NCBI GenBank assembly: GCA_903834625.1
Contig: CAILJQ010000002.1
Coordinates: 2,980 to 66,979, forward strand
Length of the DNA stretch: 64,000 nucleotides
Origin: an uncultured Bacteroidota bacterium
GTDB lineage: Bacteria; Bacteroidota; Bacteroidia; UKL13-3
Direction of reading: 5' to 3'
The notes beneath the pieces are model-generated. The model was not told the DNA's origin and did not search any database. It worked only from the letters and a program-made list of their open reading frames with translations. Position 1 is the first letter of the stretch. Every line of letters begins with the position of its first letter. The translations under genes were made by a program, and so were the position numbers. Of the stretch, positions 56,813 to 64,000 are shown piece by piece.

Positions 56813-59800
56813 TTATTCTTCTTTCGAAGCCATCAACATTTCGAATTCTTCTTTTGAACCTACCACGAGTTTTTCGTAATCGCGGTGACCAGTACCAGCA
56901 GGAATTAAGTGACCAACAATTACGTTTTCTTTCAAACCTAACATACGATCTACTTTTCCAGAGATAGCGGCTTCGTTCAACACTTTGGTAGTTTCCTGGA
57001 AGGAAGCAGCACTCATAAAACTGTGTGTGCCCAAACTTGCCTTGGTAATACCCATGATAATTTGAGAAACAGTAGCAGATTGCGCGTCTCTTACTTCAAC
57101 CACTTTCAAATCTTTACGTTTCAATTGTGAATTTTCATCACGCAATTTACGCACGCTAATAATCTGACCTGGTTTAACGGTAGCAGAATCGCCTGATTCC
57201 ATCACCACTTTCTTGTCGTAAATCCAGTCATTGGCTTGTTTCAAATCCCAACGACTTACAAATTCACCTTCCAAGAAGGTAGTATCACCTGGATCTTGAA
57301 CCTCTACGTGTTTCATCATTTGACGGATGATTACCTCAACGTGTTTATCGTTGATTTTTACACCTTGCAAACGATAAACCTCCATGATACCATTTAAGAT
57401 ATAACGTTGTACAGCTAAAGGACCTTCAATTCTCAAAATATCCTGTGGTGAAATTGACCCATCAGACAGAGATGAACCTGCCTTCACGAAGTCGTTTTCC
57501 TGAACCAAGATATGTTTCGACAATGGCACCAAATATTTCTTTTGTTCACCATCTTTTGAAGAAATCATGATTTCGCGGTTACCACGTTTGATACCTCCAA
57601 AAGTAACAACACCATCAATTTCTGTAACAATTGCCGGGTTTGATGGGTTACGTGCTTCAAATAATTCTGTTACACGTGGAAGACCTCCGGTGATATCTCG
57701 GGTTTTTCCAACCACTCGAGGGATTTTCACCAAAATTTCTCCGGCTTTAATCTTGTGGCCATCTTCAACCATGATGTGTGCACCTACAGGTAAGTTGTAT
57801 TCTTTGGTAGTTTTATCTTTACCTTCAGATACAATGATAGAAGGAATTTTAGTCTTATCTCTCGATTCAACAATTACCTTTTCTTTGTGACCTGTTTGTT
57901 CATCACTTTCTTCTTTGTAGTTGACGTTTTCAATAATATTTTCAAAACTTACCTTACCAGTAAATTCAGAAATAATTACTGCGTTGTATGGATCCCAGGT
58001 ACAGATAGGTCTTCCCTTTTCAACCTTCTCACCGTTTTTCACTTTTAAGTGAGCACCGTAAGGAATGTTGATGGTGATGATTGGATTACCTGTTTTCTCG
58101 TCCATGATACGGATTTCTCCCTGACGACCGATAACCACTGTATCAAAACCTTCTTCTGTTTTCAAGTCTGTGGTACGAATTTCTTCAAACTCTAATGTAC
58201 CCGCAAACTTAGCCACCATTTGAGATTCAGAAGCAATGTTAGAAGCGGTACCACCCACGTGGAAGGTACGAAGTGTAAGCTGTGTACCAGGCTCACCAAT
58301 TGACTGAGCGGCAATTACACCAACTGCATCTCCAATTTGTGACGCACGACCGGTAGACATACTTCTACCATAACATTTGCTACACACACCATAGCGTGTT
58401 TCGCAAGTTAATGCCGAGCGAATTTCTATAATCTCTAATGGAGATTCTTCAATTCTTTGTGCATGTTCTTCAAAGATTTCCTCACCAGAGTTGATGATTA
58501 AATCACCTGAAATTGGATCGTAAATATCATGAACACTTGTTCTACCTAAAATACGCTCGTACAAGGTTTCTACAACCTCTTCATTGTCTTTTAGGGCACT
58601 AATTGGAATACCACGTAAAGTACCACAATCGTGTTCGCTTACTACCACGTCTTGAGCTACGTCATGTAACCTTCTAGTAAGGTAACCTGCATCCGCAGTT
58701 TTCAAAGCGGTATCGGCCAAACCTTTACGCGCACCGTGAGTAGAAATAAAGTATTCAATTACTGAAAGACCTTCTTTAAAGTTAGAAAGAATTGGGTTCT
58801 CAATGATCTCTCCGGTTCCACCACTCAAATTCTTTTGTGGTTTTGCCATCAATCCCCTCATACCACCCAACTGACGAATCTGCTCTTTAGAACCCCTCGC
58901 ACCAGAATCCAACATCATGTATACTGGGTTGAATCCTTGTTGGTCTTCTTTTAATTGCTTTAACAAAGTATCAGCCAAACGAGAGTTGATACGTGTCCAG
59001 ATATCAATTACCTGGTTGTAACGCTCATTGTTTGTAATGAAACCATTGTTGTAGTTATCCCAAATTTCATCCACTTCAGCTTGCGCTTGCTTAATAAACT
59101 TCTCTTTCTCTGAAGGAATATTTACATATGACAAGTTAAACGACAAACCTCCACGGAAGGCATATTGGAATCCTAAGTATTTGATATCATCTAAGAAAGC
59201 GGCACAAAGATCTTGACCAACTTCTTTAAACATATTACCAATGATATCACGTAATGATTTCTTAGTTAACAATTCATTGATATAACCATGCTTAGCTGGA
59301 ACTACCTGATTAAACAGGATTCTTCCCATAGTTGTTTCAATAACTTTGCTTACCAATGTGCCATTTTCCATTACATTTACACGACATTTTACCCATGCAT
59401 GTAAAGCTACTTTACCTTCATTGTATGCAATAATTGCTTCTTCAGAAGAATAGAAAGTTAAGCCTTCACCTTTTATAGGAAATTCTTCGGTAGTTTTACG
59501 GCCTTTGGTAATATAGTACAAACCAAGAACCATGTCCTGTGAAGGAACCGTAATAGGTGCTCCGTTTGCAGGGTTAAGGATATTATGTGGCGCAAGCATC
59601 AACAATTGGGCTTCCAATACAGCTGCGTTTCCAAGTGGAACGTGAACAGCCATCTGGTCACCGTCAAAGTCGGCATTAAAACCGGTACAAACCAAAGGAT
59701 GTAATTGAATTGCTTTTCCTTCAACCAATTTAGGTTGGAATGCTTGTATACCTAATCTATGGAGTGTAGGGGCACGATTCAATAGAATCGGATGTCCTTT

Positions 59801-61090
59801 TAAAATATTCTCTAAAATATCCCAAATGATGGCTTCTTTGCGGTCAACCAATTTCTTGGCAGATTTTACGGTTTTTACAATACCACGCTCAAGAAGTTTA
59901 CGGATAATAAACGGCTTAAATAATTCAGCCGCCATGTTTTTAGGAATACCACACTCGTGTAATTTCAAGTTTGGTCCAACCACAATAACTGAACGACCTG
60001 AATAATCCACACGTTTACCCAACAAGTTCTGACGGAAGCGACCCTGTTTACCTTTAAGCATATCACTCAAAGATTTTAAAGGACGATTTCCTTCTGTTTT
60101 CACCGCGCTCACGCGACGGGTATTATCGAACAAGGAGTCAACTGCTTCTTGTAACATACGTTTTTCATTACGTAAAATCACCTCAGGAGCTTTGATTTCC
60201 ATCAAACGCTTCAAGCGGTTGTTACGAATGATAACCCTACGGTACAAATCATTCAAATCTGAAGTAGCAAAACGGCCACCTTCCAATGGAACTAATGGAC
60301 GTAATTCTGGTGGAATTACTGGCAAAATTTTCACTACCATCCACTCAGGACGATTTTCTGAATGGCGTTGTGAGTTACGGAATCCTTCAATAACCTTCAA
60401 GCGCTTCAAAGCTTCGTTTTTACGTTGCTGAGAAGTTTCCGTGCTAGCTTTGATACGTAAGTCGAAACTTAAAGTATCTAAATCTATACGAGATAACATG
60501 AACCAAAGTGCTTCACCACCCATTTTGGCGATGAATTTATTTGGATCTGCATCATCTAAATGTTGGTTATCTTTTGGTAAGGTATCTAGAATATCTAAGT
60601 ACTCTTCTTCAGTTAATAAATCTAGGTTTTGAACGCCGTCATTGGCTTTGATACCTGGCTGACAAACGAGGTAACGCTCATAATAAACAACCATATCCAA
60701 TTTCTTGGATGGTAATCCGAGCAAGTAACCTATTTTATTTGGAAGAGAGCGGAAATACCAGATATGTGCTACTGGAACCACCAAATTGATGTGTCCCATG
60801 CGCTCACGTCTTACTTTCTTTTCTGTTACTTCTACACCGCAACGATCACAAACGATTCCTTTGTAGCGAATACGTTTGTATTTACCACAATGACATTCGT
60901 AATCCTTGATAGGTCCAAAGATCCTTTCGCAAAACAACCCACCCATTTCAGGTTTGAAAGAGCGGTAGTTGATTGTTTCTGGCTTGGTAACTTCCCCAAA
61001 AGATCTGGTAAGGATACTTTCAGGAGACGCTAAGCCAATGCGGATTTTGGTGAAGTTGGCTTTTATTTTTTGTTCTTTTTTCAAAGACAT
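56813..61090 (-). CDS. rpoC: DNA-directed RNA polymerase subunit beta'
   Basis: 1425 aa. Zinc-binding CHCGKY...CDRCGVEV, the [15 protein letters not shown] catalytic Asp triad, and trigger-loop and clamp regions. Confidence 0.98.
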   Translation of the reverse strand: MSLKKEQKIKANFTKIRIGLASPESILTRSFGEVTKPETINYRSFKPEMGGLFCERIFGPIKDYECHCGKYKRIRYKGIVCDRCGVEVTEKKVRRERMGHINLVVPVAHIWYFRSLPNKIGYLLGLPSKKLDMVVYYERYLVCQPGIKANDGVQNLDLLTEEEYLDILDTLPKDNQHLDDADPNKFIAKMGGEALWFMLSRIDLDTLSFDLRIKASTETSQQRKNEALKRLKVIEGFRNSQRHSENRPEWMVVKILPVIPPELRPLVPLEGGRFATSDLNDLYRRVIIRNNRLKRLMEIKAPEVILRNEKRMLQEAVDSLFDNTRRVSAVKTEGNRPLKSLSDMLKGKQGRFRQNLLGKRVDYSGRSVIVVGPNLKLHECGIPKNMAAELFKPFIIRKLLERGIVKTVKSAKKLVDRKEAIIWDILENILKGHPILLNRAPTLHRLGIQAFQPKLVEGKAIQLHPLVCTGFNADFDGDQMAVHVPLGNAAVLEAQLLMLAPHNILNPANGAPITVPSQDMVLGLYYITKGRKTTEEFPIKGEGLTFYSSEEAIIAYNEGKVALHAWVKCRVNVMENGTLVSKVIETTMGRILFNQVVPAKHGYINELLTKKSLRDIIGNMFKEVGQDLCAAFLDDIKYLGFQYAFRGGLSFNLSYVNIPSEKEKFIKQAQAEVDEIWDNYNNGFITNNERYNQVIDIWTRINSRLADTLLKQLKEDQQGFNPVYMMLDSGARGSKEQIRQLGGMRGLMAKPQKNLSGGTGEIIENPILSNFKEGLSVIEYFISTHGARKGLADTALKTADAGYLTRRLHDVAQDVVVSEHDCGTLRGIPISALKDNEEVVETLYERILGRTSVHDIYDPISGDLIINSGEEIFEEHAQRIEESPLEIIEIRSALTCETRYGVCSKCYGRSMSTGRASQIGDAVGVIAAQSIGEPGTQLTLRTFHVGGTASNIASESQMVAKFAGTLEFEEIRTTDLKTEEGFDTVVIGRQGEIRIMDEKTGNPIITINIPYGAHLKVKNGEKVEKGRPICTWDPYNAVIISEFTGKVSFENIIENVNYKEESDEQTGHKEKVIVESRDKTKIPSIIVSEGKDKTTKEYNLPVGAHIMVEDGHKIKAGEILVKIPRVVGKTRDITGGLPRVTELFEARNPSNPAIVTEIDGVVTFGGIKRGNREIMISSKDGEQKKYLVPLSKHILVQENDFVKAGSSLSDGSISPQDILRIEGPLAVQRYILNGIMEVYRLQGVKINDKHVEVIIRQMMKHVEVQDPGDTTFLEGEFVSRWDLKQANDWIYDKKVVMESGDSATVKPGQIISVRKLRDENSQLKRKDLKVVEVRDAQSATVSQIIMGITKASLGTHSFMSAASFQETTKVLNEAAISGKVDRMLGLKENVIVGHLIPAGTGHRDYEKLVVGSKEEFEMLMASKEE

Positions 61091-61166
61091 GTTTGCGTTG
61101 TTTTATTTTGTGATACCAAACAAGCCGTAGAGATTTTCATTCCTCCAGCTTGTTTAGATTATGTTA

Positions 61167-64000
61167 TTATTCAAGTGTAAGATCTAGACCTAATCCACGT
61201 AATTCATGAGCAAGTACGTTAAACGACTCAGGAATACCAGGCGCTGGGAGGTTATCTCCCTTCACAATGGCTTCATAAGTCTTCGCACGACCAATGATAT
61301 CATCAGATTTCAATGTCAAAATCTCTTGTAGAATGTTGGCTGCGCCGTATGCTTCTAGCGCCCAAACCTCCATCTCACCAAAACGCTGACCACCAAATTG
61401 AGCTTTACCACCCAATGGTTGTTGCGTAATTAATGAGTATGGTCCGATTGAACGTGCGTGCATCTTATCATCAACCATGTGACCTAATTTAATCATATAA
61501 ATTACTCCCACAGTAACTGGTTGATCAAAACGAGCGCCAGATAAACCATCGTTTAGGTAGGTTTTACCCCAATCTGGAATACCAGCTTTACGGGTAAACT
61601 CAAGAACTTGATCATCTGAAGCACCATCAAAAATTGGTGTAGCAAATTTTACTTCTAATTCTTTAGCTGCCCATCCTAAAACGGTTTCATAGATCTGACC
61701 TAAGTTCATCCTTGAAGGTACACCCAATGGGTTCAGAACGATATCTACCGGTTTACCATTATCCATAAACGGAAGGTCTTCCTCACGAACGATACGGGCT
61801 ACAATACCCTTGTTTCCGTGACGACCAGCCATCTTATCTCCCACTTTCAACTTACGTTTTTGCGCAATGTATACTTTAGCAAGTTTTAAAATACCTGTTG
61901 GTAGTTCATCTCCTACACTAATAGCATATTCTTTTCTGCGGTAATCTGCAAGTTCTTGGTTATGGCGATTTTTAAAGTTGGTAAGGATGGTGCGAATCAA
62001 ATCATTCTTTTCAGCATCACTTGTCCAGCTATTAGCCATAACATTTGAATAATCTACCTCATTCAGGTTTTTCATGCTGAACTTGGTTCCTTTTGCAATG
62101 AGTTCTTCGTTGTATACATTGAATACACCCGCAGAAGTTTTACCAGAAAGAACTGCGAACAATTTCTCTACTAAAATTTCTTTGATATCCTTCAAGTTTT
62201 TCTCGTGCTCATCTTTCAATTTGGCAAGTTTAACTTTGTCATCTTGTTTGGCAGACTTTTCCTTTTTGGCGCGGGCAAACAATTTCTTGTCAATTACCAC
62301 ACCATTAGTTGATGGAATAGCTTTCAAAGAAGCATCTTTCACATCACCGGCTTTGTCGCCAAAAATGGCACGCAACAATTTCTCTTCTGGAGAAGGTTCA
62401 GTTTCACCTTTAGGGGTGATTTTACCAATTAAGATATCACCTTCACCTACTTCACAACCTACACGGATCAAACCGTTTTCATCTAAGTTTTTAGTAGCTT
62501 CTTCACTTACGTTAGGAATATCATTGGTTAATTCTTCTTCACCACGTTTGGTATCTCTCACTTCCAATTCATATTCTGTGATATGGATTGAGGTGAAAAT
62601 ATCTTCTTTAACAACTTTTTCAGAAATTACGATCGCATCCTCGAAGTTGAAACCTTGCCATGGCATGAATGCCACTTGAAGATTTCTACCTAAAGCAAGT
62701 TCTCCTCCTTCTGTAGCATAACCTTCGCACAATACGGTACCTTTATCAACCTTCTGACCTTTTCTTACAATTGGCTTTAGGTTAATACAAGTATTTTGAT
62801 TGGTTCTGCGGAACTTGATCAAAGGATAACTTTTGGTATCAGTACCAAAGCTTACCAATTTATCAACTTCAGTTTGCTCGTAACGGATTCTGATTTCGTT
62901 GGCATCAACATATTCAACCACACCTTTACCTTCAGCAACAATTAATGTACGTGAATCTTTGGCAACACGACCTTCCAAACCTGTACCAACTACTGGGGCT
63001 TGTGGCCTCAACAAAGGTACCGCTTGACGTTGCATGTTTGAACCCATCAAAGCACGGTTCGCATCATTGTGTTCAAGGAAAGGAATCAAAGAAGCTGCGA
63101 TGGATACAATTTGGTTTGGCGCAATGTCCATAAATTCCAATTTGTCTGACTCCACCATTGGGAAGTCACCTTCGTAACGGGCTTTAATTTTATGGTCTAA
63201 GAAATTACCATCCTTATCGTAACGAGCATTTGATTGCGCAATTACTTTTCCTTCTTCGTCTTCTGCACTTAGGTATGTTACCGCTTCCAGTGCTTTTACT
63301 TTACCATCTTCCACCTTTAAGTAAGGGGTTTCAATAAAGCCCATGCTGTTAATTTTGGCATGAACACAAAGAGAAGAAATCAAACCAATGTTTGGACCTT
63401 CAGGAGTTTCAATAGTACACAAACGACCATAATGGGTATAGTGAACGTCACGTACCTCAAAACCGGCACGGTCGCGACTCAAACCACCAGGACCAAGGGC
63501 AGACATCCTTCTTTTGTGAGTAATCTCAGCAAGAGGGTTTGTCTGATCCATGAATTGTGAAAGTTGGTTTGTACCAAAGAAAGAGTTGATAACTGAAGAC
63601 AAAGTCTTAGCGTTAATCAAATCTGTTGGAGTAAATACTTCGTTATCGCGGATGTTCATACGCTCACGGATAGTTCTAGCCATACGGGCAAGACCCACAC
63701 CAAATTGAGAGTACAATTGTTCTCCCACTGTACGAACACGACGATTACTCAAGTGATCAATATCATCCACATCGGCTCTTGAATTAGATAATTCAATTAG
63801 ATATTTGATGATAGAAACGATATCGTCTTTACTTAATACACGATTGCTCAATGGCTCGTTTTTATTGAGCTTGCGGTTGATCCTATAACGGCCCACATCA
63901 CCCAAATCATAACGTTTTTCAGAGAAGAACAACTTCTCAATTACACCACGAGCAGTTTCTTCATCTGGTGGATCAGCATTACGTAATTGGCGATAGATAT
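61167..64000 (-). CDS. rpoB: DNA-directed RNA polymerase subunit beta. The N-terminal roughly 350 aa lie beyond the window edge.
   Basis: The C-terminal 920+ aa include [36 protein letters not shown] and the C-terminal [19 protein letters not shown] motifs. The reading frame stays open to position 64000. Confidence 0.95.
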   Translation of the reverse strand, partial: IYRQLRNADPPDEETARGVIEKLFFSEKRYDLGDVGRYRINRKLNKNEPLSNRVLSKDDIVSIIKYLIELSNSRADVDDIDHLSNRRVRTVGEQLYSQFGVGLARMARTIRERMNIRDNEVFTPTDLINAKTLSSVINSFFGTNQLSQFMDQTNPLAEITHKRRMSALGPGGLSRDRAGFEVRDVHYTHYGRLCTIETPEGPNIGLISSLCVHAKINSMGFIETPYLKVEDGKVKALEAVTYLSAEDEEGKVIAQSNARYDKDGNFLDHKIKARYEGDFPMVESDKLEFMDIAPNQIVSIAASLIPFLEHNDANRALMGSNMQRQAVPLLRPQAPVVGTGLEGRVAKDSRTLIVAEGKGVVEYVDANEIRIRYEQTEVDKLVSFGTDTKSYPLIKFRRTNQNTCINLKPIVRKGQKVDKGTVLCEGYATEGGELALGRNLQVAFMPWQGFNFEDAIVISEKVVKEDIFTSIHITEYELEVRDTKRGEEELTNDIPNVSEEATKNLDENGLIRVGCEVGEGDILIGKITPKGETEPSPEEKLLRAIFGDKAGDVKDASLKAIPSTNGVVIDKKLFARAKKEKSAKQDDKVKLAKLKDEHEKNLKDIKEILVEKLFAVLSGKTSAGVFNVYNEELIAKGTKFSMKNLNEVDYSNVMANSWTSDAEKNDLIRTILTNFKNRHNQELADYRRKEYAISVGDELPTGILKLAKVYIAQKRKLKVGDKMAGRHGNKGIVARIVREEDLPFMDNGKPVDIVLNPLGVPSRMNLGQIYETVLGWAAKELEVKFATPIFDGASDDQVLEFTRKAGIPDWGKTYLNDGLSGARFDQPVTVGVIYMIKLGHMVDDKMHARSIGPYSLITQQPLGGKAQFGGQRFGEMEVWALEAYGAANILQEILTLKSDDIIGRAKTYEAIVKGDNLPAPGIPESFNVLAHELRGLGLDLTLE

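Noticed and set aside
62074-62679. A 201-aa plus-strand ORF, and other 60-110-aa ORFs antisense to rpoB, rpoC, lon, the PKD protein and others.
   Set aside because: They are embedded antisense in highly conserved housekeeping genes. They have low-complexity Ser/Leu-rich translations and no motifs. These are typical shadow ORFs.

Overview
This 64-kb window looks like a chromosomal segment of a Bacteroidota (Bacteroidetes) genome. I read it from sequence only; no searches were run.

Evidence for the phylum assignment:
- GC content is about 37-38%.
- Several genes carry TAnnTTTG-type -7 promoter boxes.
- Many secreted proteins have type IX secretion (T9SS) C-terminal sorting domains.
- A Lys/Ala-rich histone-H1-like gene and a DUF2147 gene are present.

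Coding density is high. About 55 CDSs were called.

Housekeeping genes:
- Repair and transcription: lon, mfd, uvrB, mutS2, cinA, rpoC and a partial rpoB.
- Translation and RNA modification: a partial metG 3' end, fmt, tsaC/sua5, an mtaB-like methylthiotransferase, a TrmH-type RNA methyltransferase, an RluA-type pseudouridine synthase, yggS and cvfB.
- Redox and central metabolism: glutathione peroxidase, hbd, thiolase and selD.
- Cell envelope: a UDP-sugar/LPS block (uxs, ugd, waaA) and an Omp85-family outer-membrane protein.

Accessory genes:
- Four T9SS cargo proteins. One is a 1263-aa PKD-repeat protein with a type-B (CHU_C) C-terminal domain. The others are an M43 metalloprotease and two proteins of unknown function with type-A C-terminal domains.
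- A KirBac-type K+ channel.
- A DnaQ-exonuclease/GIY-YIG fusion.
- A hybrid TPR sensor kinase and a stand-alone REC gene heading an apparent YceI/DsbA-like/YgiD operon.
- Tandem paralogous outer-membrane-protein genes.

No rRNA, tRNA, CRISPR array, integrase or transposase was recognised.

Observations that stood out:
- A near-palindromic 13-16-bp motif (YCGGTYYGAACCGA) recurs, with three identical 16-mer copies plus variants, inside CDSs in different frames and in intergenic DNA.
- An 11-bp perfect inverted repeat sits between an XRE regulator gene and a divergent lipoprotein/T9SS-cargo gene pair.
- A 560-bp G-poor, A/C-rich non-coding region lies upstream of the H1-like gene.
- Two divergent gene pairs overlap at their start codons.
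- An apparently orphan selD is present.

All calls rest on sequence reading and recalled family signatures.
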